Part shown: one piece after another, positions 28,647 to 38,168 of the stretch
How positions within the stretch are numbered: the stretch's first letter is position 1
How the letters are laid out: each line of letters opens with the position of its first letter
DNA from: a virus
IMG/VR virus record: IMGVR_UViG_3300006916_000041
Coordinates: 1-64,000 of that record
Direction: 5' to 3' (one strand)
DNA length: 64,000 nucleotides
Translations under genes and position numbers: made by a program
Notes under the pieces: generated by a model
The model's input: only the letters and a program-made list of their open reading frames with translations
What the model was told of the DNA's origin: nothing
The model's database searches: none

Positions 28647-28675
28647 TTGACTTTCAGTCATAAGTATACTATATT
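28647..28675 (+). promoter_or_regulatory. Sigma70 promoter
   Basis: TTGACT, 17-nt spacer, TATATT. Confidence 0.65.
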
Positions 28676-28706
28676 ATAGTATAACAACAAGCGAAAGGAG
28701 CCAGCA

Positions 28707-28889
28707 ATGTTTGTAGGATACGAACCTTATATAGCTGTAGCAATTTGTTTATTTTGCACTTGGCTAGGTTACACACAAGGTAAACGTAACGGAATCGAAA
28801 GTACACTAGACGGTATGATTAGATTAAAACTACTGAAAGTACTTGATAATGGGGAAATTGTTGCTGGTTCTGATTTAAAACAAAAGTAG
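28707..28889 (+). CDS. Small membrane protein
   Basis: AAGGAG SD; one TM. Confidence 0.65.
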   Translation: MFVGYEPYIAVAICLFCTWLGYTQGKRNGIESTLDGMIRLKLLKVLDNGEIVAGSDLKQK

Positions 28890-28939
28890 TTTGAAAAGAA
28901 CCACTAGCGGATTCGAGACAAGACATAAGTAATTACAGT

Positions 28940-28968
28940 ACAACACCTGCACCAGTTGCAGGTGTTGT
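28940..28968. other. Perfect 12-bp inverted repeat
   Basis: ACAACACCTGCA-CCAGT-TGCAGGTGTTGT. Confidence 0.7.
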
Positions 28969-28985
28969 CATGAGTGAGAGAAGTG

Positions 28986-29495
28986 ATGCAACTTAAAAGT
29001 GTACTAGCAGTTGTTCTTGCGGTGTCTGCTTGCGGCCCTACTATAACTGTTGATGGTAAATCGATACCCAATGCACCTGGTCATGTAGTAACTGCTATAG
29101 ACAAATACGGTTTAAACGAATACCAAAATAGAACTGAAATCAAAGAATATACTGGCATAGATCCTAAACATTACGAATGGTGTGCTGCATTTGTGAATGC
29201 AGTATTGCGTGAAAGCGATATACCAGGCAGCGAAAGTGTGAGCGAATATCCACTGATGGCCCGTAGTTTTTTAAAATGGGGCGAACCTGTAACAGGTGAT
29301 CCGGAGGCAGGAGATATTGTTGTATTTCCTAGAGGAGAACAAGGCTGGAAAGGACATGTGGGTTTTTATGTTGGCACTGAATTTAAAAATGATCGAAAAT
29401 ACTATCGCATACTAGGCGGAAATCAAAGTAATATGGTAAACATTGAACTTTATCCTGCCAATCGAGCACTTGGAATACGCAGACAAAATAAATAG
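28986..29495 (+). CDS. TIGR02594-like (NlpC/P60/CHAP-type) cell-wall amidase with lipobox
   Basis: VSAC lipobox; WCAAFVN, GDIVVFPRG, GHVGF, LGGNQSN. Confidence 0.85.
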   Translation: MQLKSVLAVVLAVSACGPTITVDGKSIPNAPGHVVTAIDKYGLNEYQNRTEIKEYTGIDPKHYEWCAAFVNAVLRESDIPGSESVSEYPLMARSFLKWGEPVTGDPEAGDIVVFPRGEQGWKGHVGFYVGTEFKNDRKYYRILGGNQSNMVNIELYPANRALGIRRQNK

Positions 29496-29499
29496 TTGT

Positions 29500-29841
29500 A
29501 TGTTAACATGGTTTAAGACAGAACCCATTGATTGGAGCGACATTGAACGATTGGAACAGCGAATACGTGATATTCGAAGGCGCATCAGGCAAGCGAAAGG
29601 TACACAGAAGCAATTTCTTCCCCCACCGAGGATGGACACACAAAAAACAATCGAATCCTTACGCAACAAAAGTGCTAACCTTAGAACAAGTCTTAGAGAA
29701 GGAAAAGAGATACTTCCAAGCCCTAGCCAAGACCAACAAAACTTTCAAAGAAAAAGAAAAGAAACAGAAACGCAAAAAAGAACCGCAACCGGAGCAACCT
29801 GTGAAGACCTCAAAACAAAACTCCTCAAGAGAAAAAACTAA
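29500..29841 (+). CDS. Basic hypothetical late protein
   Basis: TAAATA-N5-ATG start. Confidence 0.5.
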   Translation: MLTWFKTEPIDWSDIERLEQRIRDIRRRIRQAKGTQKQFLPPPRMDTQKTIESLRNKSANLRTSLREGKEILPSPSQDQQNFQRKRKETETQKRTATGATCEDLKTKLLKRKN

Positions 29842-29883
29842 GATCCCCTTTTAAAAACTAAATAGTAGTATAGGAGTATAACC

Positions 29884-31176
29884 ATGGCTGCAAACGGAAT
29901 ATCTACTTTAACAGGTGGAACAGACATTGAAAATAAAGAAACTAGACAGATAGCAAAACTCAACATTGCCCAAGCAAAACGCAGAGGACAAGTAGTTGCA
30001 GTTGACGGAACTATCACTGGCACAAATGACAGTACCAAACCTTATTTTAGATACTGGAATACCTATGACCGTTTGTACCTCCAAGGTCCTTACAACATTG
30101 CAGAAAATTTAACTTTTAACAGTCAGCCACACAGACCGTGGGTAAGCAATGCCGGTGGTGTTGTGCTTGCCGTTCCCACAGTGAACAGTCAAACTGATGC
30201 ACCTAGCCAACCAACAATTACAGGTACATATGATGTGCTAGCAGCCGCACTCACTGTAACTATCGACGGAACCACATACACATTGGGCGTTGATAGTGAA
30301 CTCACAGTAGACGGCGGCGGCAACTGGACACTGGACTTGGATGGGTCAGCACAAACACTGGCATTTGAATCAACATTTGATGTTGTAGTTAACACAGATG
30401 GTATAGTAGACACAACCACAAATGAGATTGCAACAGGCAGTGAAATTGCTACAATTATCGCTGATGCTAGTACCAGCTTGCAGATTTGGTATGATGGTAG
30501 TGACATTACACAATTCCAGCCAACCAATCCAAGTGATGGTCAAACTATCACACAGTGGAATGACAAATCAGACTTTGCACACAATGCTAACCCAATTGGT
30601 GGTGCTACATACAGACCGACATATGAAACTAACGAACTCAACAGTTTGAGTGTTGTACAATTTGATGGTGTTGATGATTGCTTGAGTGTGAATCCATTTA
30701 CACAAATTGCAGGTGCTGGTGCATTTACTATCTTTATGGTAGCCAAAACAACTGATATCGCAAACGCTCAGGTATTTGGAGCAACCAACAATCTAGACTT
30801 GAAAATCGAACTTGTTAACAGCGGCGGAACTCATTATTACTGCACAAGAGTAAATGGCGGCACTGGTGTAAGCACGGTAGCAGCAGACACAAATTATCAT
30901 ATTTTAACACTGGTGTATAACGGTAACGGTGTAGGTAATAGTGGAAAAGTTCAATTCAGACATGACAAAGTTGCACAAACCTTGAACTTTACGGGAACTG
31001 TTAACAGCACCACAGTTGGTAGTAACACAACTTACTATTTTGGTTGTGCTGGCGGCGGCGTTGGACATTTACAAGGTAGTATGGCAGAAGTACTGATGTT
31101 TAACAGAGCATTAAACTCAACAGAACTAGACGATGTTGAACAGTATCTCAACACACACTGGGCACTAGGATTATAA
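29884..31176 (+). CDS. Virion protein with Ig-like and LamG/concanavalin-like domains
   Basis: PTITGT..LTVTIDG.TY, WTL; W.D.S...H, V.FDG.DD, G..AEVLMFNRAL..E...YL...W. Confidence 0.7.
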   Translation: MAANGISTLTGGTDIENKETRQIAKLNIAQAKRRGQVVAVDGTITGTNDSTKPYFRYWNTYDRLYLQGPYNIAENLTFNSQPHRPWVSNAGGVVLAVPTVNSQTDAPSQPTITGTYDVLAAALTVTIDGTTYTLGVDSELTVDGGGNWTLDLDGSAQTLAFESTFDVVVNTDGIVDTTTNEIATGSEIATIIADASTSLQIWYDGSDITQFQPTNPSDGQTITQWNDKSDFAHNANPIGGATYRPTYETNELNSLSVVQFDGVDDCLSVNPFTQIAGAGAFTIFMVAKTTDIANAQVFGATNNLDLKIELVNSGGTHYYCTRVNGGTGVSTVAADTNYHILTLVYNGNGVGNSGKVQFRHDKVAQTLNFTGTVNSTTVGSNTTYYFGCAGGGVGHLQGSMAEVLMFNRALNSTELDDVEQYLNTHWALGL

Positions 31177-31180
31177 TTGA

Positions 31181-32764
31181 ATGGGCGTAAGGCAGGATAA
31201 TAGTACAGGTTATGTTCATAACGACGAACCCAATCTGCTGAATATACACAAGGCTCTTGGATACAACGGTCAAGGACAACCAGTACTAAGAACAGTAGCC
31301 AGCACAGGCGACGGCGGTTCGCCTTCGGGTACCAGTGCGTTTGGAGAAAATCTTACTGTTCCTCTAACTCCTGTAATACAATTAGACAGCTTATACGGAT
31401 TTGATCCAAGAGAATTCCAGCAGTTTAGTCAATTTGGCGGCGCTTCTGAATCAACAGGAACACTGTTTAAAGTACACACAGGTACTGATCCATATGGATA
31501 TGGTGTACTACGCAGCAACAGAATACTTCGCTATCGTCCAGGTCAAGGTGCAATGGCAAGATTTACAGCCGCATATGATAATCCACAATTAGGTGTTACT
31601 CTTAGAGCCGGTCTATTTGCACAAGAACAAGCACTCAATATCGGATACGACGAAGCGACCAATCAATTTGGTATACTGAGACAAAATGGTGGTAAAGCAC
31701 ACATTGCTACACTCACTGTAACTGCACAAACTGGTTCTGGTACAGCAACTATAACACTAAATGATACTGCTTATCCTGTTAGCCTTACAGCAGATGATGC
31801 CATTGGCACAGCCGCACAAATTGCAAGTAATGCATTTGCAGGATGGACTGTTGAGCAATGCGACGATACTGTTAGATTTTTAAGCACAAGTGTTGGAGAA
31901 AAAGCTGGCGCATTCACATACAGTGCCACAGGCGGTAGTACTGGTACAATTGCAGAAACACAAGCAGGTGCTGCTCACACACTAAATTGGACTTATCAAA
32001 CAGACTGGAATATTGACAGCATGGACGGCAATGGTCCGAGTGGTATCAACATGGATTGGAGTAAATTAAACATTTTCCAAGTTAACTTTCGTTGGTTAGG
32101 TGCAGGTGAAATACGTTGGGCAGTTGAAAACCCTGACACAGGTGATATGATGTTTATACATCACGAACATTACAGCAATCGCAACACAGACGTTCACTTG
32201 GACAATCCTAGTTTTAAAATTGGATATATTGCTGCAAATCTATCAGCTAACACTATAACAGACGCACATGTGTTTGGTGCAAGTATGATGGCAGCAATTG
32301 AAGGACAAATTGTAGACAACAGTTATACAACCAGTGCTACTAGCGGTACAAAGACCAGTTTAAACCAAAACAATCTACACAATCTGATCAGCATTAAAAA
32401 CAGCTTGATTTATCAAAGCAAAATTAACCTACGTGAACTAAAACTAAAGACATTAAGTGTGTCTAGTCAAAACAATGATCCAATTGAAATATACCTAATA
32501 TTAAATGGTACACTAAACGCAACCAATGAATGGACTAAAATTGGCGATTTTAGTAGTATTATCAAAGCTACTACAACAGGTACTTATGTTTCAACAGATG
32601 AACAACCATTGGTTATATTGATTAATGGTATTAATGGTACTAGTACTTTTGATCTAAGTCAATATAATGTCACACTACCGCCTAACAATGTTGTAAGTGT
32701 TGCAGTACAAAGCAGTCAGACAATACAAAGTATTAATGCAAGTTTGACCTGGAGTGAAACTTAA
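31181..32764 (+). CDS. Putative virion structural protein
   Basis: SAFGE, RYRPGQG, F.WLGAG.I; beta-rich. Confidence 0.6.
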   Translation: MGVRQDNSTGYVHNDEPNLLNIHKALGYNGQGQPVLRTVASTGDGGSPSGTSAFGENLTVPLTPVIQLDSLYGFDPREFQQFSQFGGASESTGTLFKVHTGTDPYGYGVLRSNRILRYRPGQGAMARFTAAYDNPQLGVTLRAGLFAQEQALNIGYDEATNQFGILRQNGGKAHIATLTVTAQTGSGTATITLNDTAYPVSLTADDAIGTAAQIASNAFAGWTVEQCDDTVRFLSTSVGEKAGAFTYSATGGSTGTIAETQAGAAHTLNWTYQTDWNIDSMDGNGPSGINMDWSKLNIFQVNFRWLGAGEIRWAVENPDTGDMMFIHHEHYSNRNTDVHLDNPSFKIGYIAANLSANTITDAHVFGASMMAAIEGQIVDNSYTTSATSGTKTSLNQNNLHNLISIKNSLIYQSKINLRELKLKTLSVSSQNNDPIEIYLILNGTLNATNEWTKIGDFSSIIKATTTGTYVSTDEQPLVILINGINGTSTFDLSQYNVTLPPNNVVSVAVQSSQTIQSINASLTWSET

Positions 32765-33147
32765 ACTGTTAGTAACACAATAATTAAGTAAGTTGTATAG
32801 TGTAGTATTTGATCTACAGCTTGTATTTTCCAAAATAAATTTTGTTTGGTTGTTATTTTTCTATCTAATGTGTACACACGTTTGGTCCAGTCAATCACAC
32901 TGTGTAGCACAAAGTCCAGCAGTGCAGCAATTATTGCCCACCACAATCCGGCAAATAACAGTGTAATCACCGCAGTTAGTGCGGCGTGATCCAAACTGTG
33001 TATCCATAGTTTACGATCTGTTAGGTTTTTCTTATCACCATATTTTGGATTGTTGAGTCTGCTTTGCAGCCACAAATCTGCTACGGCATGTTTTACAAGT
33101 AGCAAATAAAAAAATAATACATAGCTCAACGTCTTACACTCTTCCAA
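32761..33147 (-). CDS. DUF3307-like membrane protein
   Basis: H..AD..LQ, HS..H, H..ID..K, DQ.LH. Confidence 0.8.
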   Translation of the reverse strand: MEECKTLSYVLFFYLLLVKHAVADLWLQSRLNNPKYGDKKNLTDRKLWIHSLDHAALTAVITLLFAGLWWAIIAALLDFVLHSVIDWTKRVYTLDRKITTKQNLFWKIQAVDQILHYTTYLIIVLLTV

Positions 33148-33362
33148 ATTTCAGACGCAGGAACACGAATAAAAGGTCTATTGGTTTCGTTGGGATTAGG
33201 ATTGGCTATAGTAACCATTACACGTTTTCCTTTACGATGAGCGTTTAGTTGATTGATCATTCTACGCATTGGATAATCTGGATCATTTTTACTGCGGCTT
33301 TTCATAGGTCTGCCGACTTCACCTTTTGATACTTGTGTTGCTCTTTGTTTTTTCTTACCCAT
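33126..33362 (-). CDS. Small basic hypothetical protein
   Basis: GGAG SD; TIANPNPNETNRPFI. Confidence 0.65.
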   Translation of the reverse strand: MGKKKQRATQVSKGEVGRPMKSRSKNDPDYPMRRMINQLNAHRKGKRVMVTIANPNPNETNRPFIRVPASEIWKSVRR

Positions 33363-33567
33363 TATTATCTCCAAACATTCCAATTAGCTCTGGACCAAAG
33401 TTACCCGCAGCCCAACCTAGTGCTACAATAGCAATTACGCCCATTACAAGCCATTTCATTTTAAAATCATCTACATCCATGCGTAATGCTACTAGCTCAT
33501 TACCCAGTATACGTACACTTACTTCTAATTTACCTTTATCGTCGGCTTCTGACATTGATATCTCCAT
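33355..33567 (-). CDS. Small membrane protein
   Basis: C-terminal TM; late motif upstream on minus strand. Confidence 0.6.
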   Translation of the reverse strand: MEISMSEADDKGKLEVSVRILGNELVALRMDVDDFKMKWLVMGVIAIVALGWAAGNFGPELIGMFGDNNG

Positions 33568-33614
33568 TAACTACGTTTATTATACTAACGGTATTTAGCA
33601 ATAAATACTCAACC

Positions 33615-33695
33615 ATGGAAGATCCCGAAGAAGATTGGACGAACTCATGTGATGACCCATGCGATGATGTAACACATTGGATAGGAGTAATATGA
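33615..33695 (+). CDS. 26-aa acidic micro-peptide
   Basis: After TAAATA 33602; ATGA overlap with next gene. Confidence 0.45.
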   Translation: MEDPEEDWTNSCDDPCDDVTHWIGVI

Positions 33696-33895
33696 GAATA
33701 CCAATCAAAGAGCATAAACCATGGCCTAAAAAGATATACAAATTCTTTGTTGTAAATTCAAAAGGCCAGGTGATAGAAGGCGGTCTTCCAAGCGAAGAAC
33801 ACGCACGTACTGTTATTGATTTTTTATCAGAACAAGAAGGAATGACAGATTTAACAATCGAAGTTGATTGTATGCCTGATACTAAAAGAGGTTGA
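33692..33895 (+). CDS. Hypothetical protein
   Basis: AGGAG SD. Confidence 0.6.
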   Translation: MRIPIKEHKPWPKKIYKFFVVNSKGQVIEGGLPSEEHARTVIDFLSEQEGMTDLTIEVDCMPDTKRG

Positions 33896-33925
33896 CATGT
33901 TGTTAAAATATGCTATATTAGTAAT

Positions 33926-34081
33926 ATGACATATGAACAAGCATTAGAAAATTCGCAATTTAGATTGGACTACCAAGACAATTGTGATGAACGTGAAGCC
34001 TGGGGAGATCCGGTGTTAACTCGAGAAGAATATTTTGAAATATGGGATAGGAGAAATGAACCATGCGAATCTTTAAAATAA
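33926..34081 (+). CDS. 51-aa hypothetical protein, leaderless candidate
   Basis: TTGACA 33892, TATATT 33914-33919, ATG 6 nt later. Confidence 0.5.
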   Translation: MTYEQALENSQFRLDYQDNCDEREAWGDPVLTREEYFEIWDRRNEPCESLK

Positions 34082-34596
34082 TTTTTATTGCTTTTGTTGT
34101 TGGTCTGGTTGCTAGCAGTGCTTTTGCAGACAGTTATGTAACTACTGGAAAACTAGTACACAAAGAACCAATTTACACAAATGTAAATCAAAGACAACCG
34201 CAACAAGTTTGTAGAAATGTTGAAGTTCCTGTATATGGAACAGTACAAGGTGGCGGCAATGCTGTAGAAGGTGCGCTAACAGGTGCTATTATTGGCGGTA
34301 TTCTAGGCGAAGCACTTGGTGGCAAAAACGAGCGCAACGCTGGTGCTATTTTTGGTGCGATTGTAGGCGGCGATAAAGCAGCAAACGGCAATCGTCGAGT
34401 TGTCACAGGTTATCGGACAGAAAGACAGTGTACAACTGAATATGTAAACACAACAACAAGTGTTGTTAATCAATACAGACTAACATATCGTGTTAATGGA
34501 CAAGATGTTGTTTATGTTGTAAATCGTGCGCAAGGTGAAAATGCTTGGATGGGAAGTACTAAACGTTTTCGTGTGCGTTATCAAATGTTAAATTAA
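34063..34596 (+). CDS. Glycine-zipper 2TM domain exported protein
   Basis: Signal peptide; GAIIGGILG...GAIFGAIVG. Confidence 0.8.
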   Translation: MRIFKIIFIAFVVGLVASSAFADSYVTTGKLVHKEPIYTNVNQRQPQQVCRNVEVPVYGTVQGGGNAVEGALTGAIIGGILGEALGGKNERNAGAIFGAIVGGDKAANGNRRVVTGYRTERQCTTEYVNTTTSVVNQYRLTYRVNGQDVVYVVNRAQGENAWMGSTKRFRVRYQMLN

Positions 34597-34610
34597 TCTA
34601 AGAGGTAATT

Positions 34611-35003
34611 ATGAGCATGCACTTGGTTGGTCCATACATGACCACTACAAAGTACAATCGTCGAAAAAAACCTACAAAGAACAAACGTCAGTTGGCAGCA
34701 CAAGCTGAACATGAAAAATGGTTGACAAAGATGGGTGTAAATTCAGATCAGCTAGCAGAGAAAAAGGAAAAACGAGGCAATGTTACGACAGTGGCTTTTC
34801 CTGATTACACTAGTGATAGTACAAATCGTGTTAATACTAGCGACTGCGTTCCTAGCGGAAGCACAGCCCCTAAAGAACGCAATGTGTACAGTGGAGAGCG
34901 TCAACTGCTCGGAGTAGCAACCATGCACAAAAGTAATATGGTACCTGTTTTTGCTGATAAAAAAGAAGATGCAAAAGATATTGCCAACATGAGACGTGGT
35001 TAA
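34611..35003 (+). CDS. Hypothetical protein
   Basis: GAGG SD; GVATMHKSNMVPVF. Confidence 0.7.
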   Translation: MSMHLVGPYMTTTKYNRRKKPTKNKRQLAAQAEHEKWLTKMGVNSDQLAEKKEKRGNVTTVAFPDYTSDSTNRVNTSDCVPSGSTAPKERNVYSGERQLLGVATMHKSNMVPVFADKKEDAKDIANMRRG

Positions 35004-35133
35004 ATGCAGTGGTTTGATTATCTAGTTGTAGTATTTTTTGCATTCAATATATGGATAGGATTATTAACTTTAAACTTGATTTCTTTAGTAATTATGTGTA
35101 TAATGTGGTTACAATATGAACGTTGGAGGTCAC

Positions 35134-35721
35134 GTGGCGATACATGGAATGATTGATTTGGAAACATTGGATACCAGTCCAAGATGCACCGTCCTCACAG
35201 TGGGCGGTGTAAAGTTTGATCCATACAGCACAAATGAACCTCACAGTGAATTTTATTTTCGTTTAGACTTAGATGAACAAGATCGTTTAGGACGCACAGT
35301 CACTGACGACACAATTGAGTGGTGGGCAAAACAGGATCCCCGAGTAAAAGAAGAAGCCTTTAGAGAAGACGACAGAGTCGGGCTGAAACACTTTCTAGAC
35401 CATTTAACCAAATGGATGGTGGGTGTCGATGTATTATGGGGACATGGATATGGTTTTGATGTTACTATTGTAGAAGATATGTATCGTCAATTGTCCACAC
35501 CAATACCTTGGAACTTTTGGCAGGTAAAAGACGGTAGAACATTTTTGAGTTTGCTGCCAAGTGATCCAAGGAAAACCATGCAACAGGATTTGCACAATGC
35601 ACTGGCTGACAGTTACTATCAAGCCAAAGCAATACAAATAGCCTACGCTAAATATGACGAGTGGACTAAACAGGGATCGACCCACTATAAACATTCCGCC
35701 CCCTCAATACAAGAGGTATAA
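35134..35721 (+). CDS. DEDD 3'-5' exonuclease (DexA/Rv2179c-like)
   Basis: MIDLETL, T..WW, G.GFD, HNALAD. Confidence 0.88.
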   Translation: MAIHGMIDLETLDTSPRCTVLTVGGVKFDPYSTNEPHSEFYFRLDLDEQDRLGRTVTDDTIEWWAKQDPRVKEEAFREDDRVGLKHFLDHLTKWMVGVDVLWGHGYGFDVTIVEDMYRQLSTPIPWNFWQVKDGRTFLSLLPSDPRKTMQQDLHNALADSYYQAKAIQIAYAKYDEWTKQGSTHYKHSAPSIQEV

Positions 35722-35722
35722 A

Positions 35723-36223
35723 ATGCAACCAGTAACATACAAATATGTAAGTACAAAAGAATATCACAATGCTTTCCCATGTGCGTATAGACAGTGGAAA
35801 GCTGACAGTCATTGTAATCAAATACATGGTTACTCATTTAGTATGAAGTTTTATTTTGGAACTGACACACTAGATGCTCGTAACTGGGTAGCTGATTATG
35901 GTGGACTAAGAGAACTAAAAGCTCAGATGGAAGATCAATTTGATCACACATTGTTGGTAGCAGAAGATGATCCTGAACTAGAACTGTATAAAACAATGCA
36001 AGAACGTGGCATTGCAAAACTAACAATTCTTCCACGTTTGGGTTGTGAAGGATTGGCAGATCAAATTTACAAATATGTAAATGGTGTTTATATTCCAGAT
36101 ATGTGGGGTCCGGCAGAAGCTGATCGTTTGTGGTGTTTTAAAGTAGAAGTGCGTGAAACAATCGCTAACATGGCATATCGTGAAGGCCATAGAGAATGGA
36201 ATGAAGATTTATTTGCGGAGTAA
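35723..36223 (+). CDS. queD: 6-pyruvoyl tetrahydropterin synthase / QueD
   Basis: SHC..IHGY, W..DYG.L, FDHT.L, VEVRET. Confidence 0.88.
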   Translation: MQPVTYKYVSTKEYHNAFPCAYRQWKADSHCNQIHGYSFSMKFYFGTDTLDARNWVADYGGLRELKAQMEDQFDHTLLVAEDDPELELYKTMQERGIAKLTILPRLGCEGLADQIYKYVNGVYIPDMWGPAEADRLWCFKVEVRETIANMAYREGHREWNEDLFAE

Positions 36224-36225
36224 AT

Positions 36226-36474
36226 GTGGCAAATATTACTACAGATGATTTAGAATGGTGTGCAAATTGGGAGCAAGAAGATCGCTTCTATTGCACACTG
36301 TTTATTAGAAGCAACAGATATTCAAAGCCAAAAGGTTTTCACAAGTTACTTGAAAACCTTTTTGGAAACGAATTTGGTGGCTTTAGATATGATCAACATC
36401 GTAACGGATACGAATGTTGGTTTAAAAACAAAGAAGATATGTTAACTTTTAAGATGCTGGCAAAACATGGATGA
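36226..36474 (+). CDS. Hypothetical protein
   Basis: GGAG SD. Confidence 0.6.
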   Translation: MANITTDDLEWCANWEQEDRFYCTLFIRSNRYSKPKGFHKLLENLFGNEFGGFRYDQHRNGYECWFKNKEDMLTFKMLAKHG

Positions 36475-36772
36475 AGTCAAAGATAAAATTATTGAAAATC
36501 TAAAGCAGGTGTATGATCCTGAGATCAGTATCAATGTATACGATCTCGGATTGATATATGAAGTTGATGTAAGCAATCTTCCTAAGGTAAAAATTGTACA
36601 CACACTGACCAGTGCTTTTTGTCCAGCAGCAGATATTATTAGAAATGATATATACTATGCTGCATGTACAGTAGATGGGGTTGAAGAGTGTGATGTAGAA
36701 TGCACATTTGATCCTCCGTTTGGGCCTGACATGATGAGCGAAGACACAAAAATGATATTAGGAGTTTGGTAA
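36467..36772 (+). CDS. SufT/PaaD/MIP18-like Fe-S assembly protein (DUF59)
   Basis: L..VYDPEI.INVYDLGLIY, TLTS..CP.A, FDPP. Confidence 0.9.
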   Translation: MDEVKDKIIENLKQVYDPEISINVYDLGLIYEVDVSNLPKVKIVHTLTSAFCPAADIIRNDIYYAACTVDGVEECDVECTFDPPFGPDMMSEDTKMILGVW

Positions 36773-37047
36773 TGGGTTGGTGGAATAAACTAGTAAGAGA
36801 TAAAAAAGCTGTGGAAGAAAATATATCCTTAGATGGCAAATTCAAAGATGCAGTAGCTACAAATCCATTAGTTATTAACGGTAATACATTACAAAATAAA
36901 AGTCTTGATAGTGTAATGGAAGATAAACTACAAAAGCGTACTAAAAATGAACTTGTGGACTTTGCACAAGAAAATTTTGGAATCGAGTTAGACAGACGAC
37001 TGACCAAACAAAACATGATTAATAGAATACTAGAGGAGAGTGAATGA
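36772..37047 (+). CDS. Hypothetical protein with Rho-N/HeH-like C-terminus
   Basis: TKNELVDFA...GI.L....TK..MI..I. Confidence 0.55.
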   Translation: MGWWNKLVRDKKAVEENISLDGKFKDAVATNPLVINGNTLQNKSLDSVMEDKLQKRTKNELVDFAQENFGIELDRRLTKQNMINRILEESE

Positions 37048-37400
37048 CATACATTGTGAATGATGCTTGTATCAAGTGCAAGTATACAGACTGCGTAGAA
37101 GTTTGTCCAGTGGACTGTTTTTACGAAGGCGAAAACATGTTGGTTATTAAACCCAATGAATGCATTGACTGTGGTGTATGCGAACCAGAATGTCCTGCGG
37201 ATGCTATCAAGCCAGACACTAACATGACGGAAGCAGATAAATTTTGGTTAAAGATGAATACTGAATACGCAGAAAAGTGGCCTAACATTACAACCAAAAA
37301 AGATGCACTACCAGAGGCTGATGAATACAACCCTGAATTAGGATACAAAGGCGAAGTTAAGGGTAATTTTTTCAGTGGCAGATCCGGCAAAGGAGACTAG
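37044..37400 (+). CDS. fdxA: 7Fe ferredoxin (FdxA-type)
   Basis: [33 protein letters not shown]. Confidence 0.95.
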   Translation: MTYIVNDACIKCKYTDCVEVCPVDCFYEGENMLVIKPNECIDCGVCEPECPADAIKPDTNMTEADKFWLKMNTEYAEKWPNITTKKDALPEADEYNPELGYKGEVKGNFFSGRSGKGD

Positions 37401-37432
37401 CGCCATAAATACTCCTGTAAGAGGAGAAAATT

Positions 37433-37855
37433 ATGACGCAACCAAGTCCCTATAGCTATAGGGTTAAAAGCATTGTAAAAATCATTGACGGTGACACATT
37501 TGATTGTATAATGGATTTAGGATTTGATGTGTTGCTTGAAGCAAGAGTCCGCATGGCGGGCATAGATACACCGGAGAGTAGAACTAGAGACCTAGAAGAA
37601 AAGAAGTTCGGATTACTTGCCAAAGAATGGCTAATTGCACATTTGAATGATAATATAATTATATCAACTCAACTGGACAATGAAAAAGGTAAATTTGGTA
37701 GAGTATTAGGAACAGTATGGGCAGAAGGTACTAACATCAACGAAAAAATGATCGAGGAGCATATGGCAGTAAGATATCATGGTCAAGCTAAAAGCGATGT
37801 TGAAGCGGAACATTTGCAGAATCGACAAATACTAACAGAACAAGGCAAAATATGA
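37433..37855 (+). CDS. Thermonuclease (SNase)-like protein
   Basis: IIDGDT.D..DLGF, R.AGIDTPES, GKFGR.LG. Confidence 0.88.
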   Translation: MTQPSPYSYRVKSIVKIIDGDTFDCIMDLGFDVLLEARVRMAGIDTPESRTRDLEEKKFGLLAKEWLIAHLNDNIIISTQLDNEKGKFGRVLGTVWAEGTNINEKMIEEHMAVRYHGQAKSDVEAEHLQNRQILTEQGKI

Positions 37856-38157
37856 TACTAACAGTTACTGAATCAGCTAAAGACTATTTGATAAACATGA
37901 CCAAGCAACACGATAAAAAGTTTGTAAACTTGGCAGTCAAAGGCGGCGGGTGCAGTGGCTTTCAGTATGAATGGACATTTACTGATGAACCAGACGGCAC
38001 GGTGTTTGAGGACATACTAGTTCTAGACCCCATGGCTGAAATGTTTGTGTTTGGTTGTACAGTGGATTACATCAATGAATTAGGCGGTAGTTATTTGACC
38101 GTAAAGAATCCTAATGCAACTGCATCATGTGGTTGTGGGGAAAGTTTCGCAGTTTAA
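37852..38157 (+). CDS. A-type Fe-S carrier (IscA/HesB)
   Basis: GGGCSGF.Y, NPNA..SCGCGESF. Confidence 0.93.
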   Translation: MILTVTESAKDYLINMTKQHDKKFVNLAVKGGGCSGFQYEWTFTDEPDGTVFEDILVLDPMAEMFVFGCTVDYINELGGSYLTVKNPNATASCGCGESFAV

Positions 38158-38168
38158 CGGAGGCGCGA

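Noticed and set aside
29528-29854. Alternative-frame 108-aa ORF
   Set aside because: TTG start without a clear SD; the 29500 frame has the TAAATA-N5-ATG signal. Dual coding is not fully excluded.
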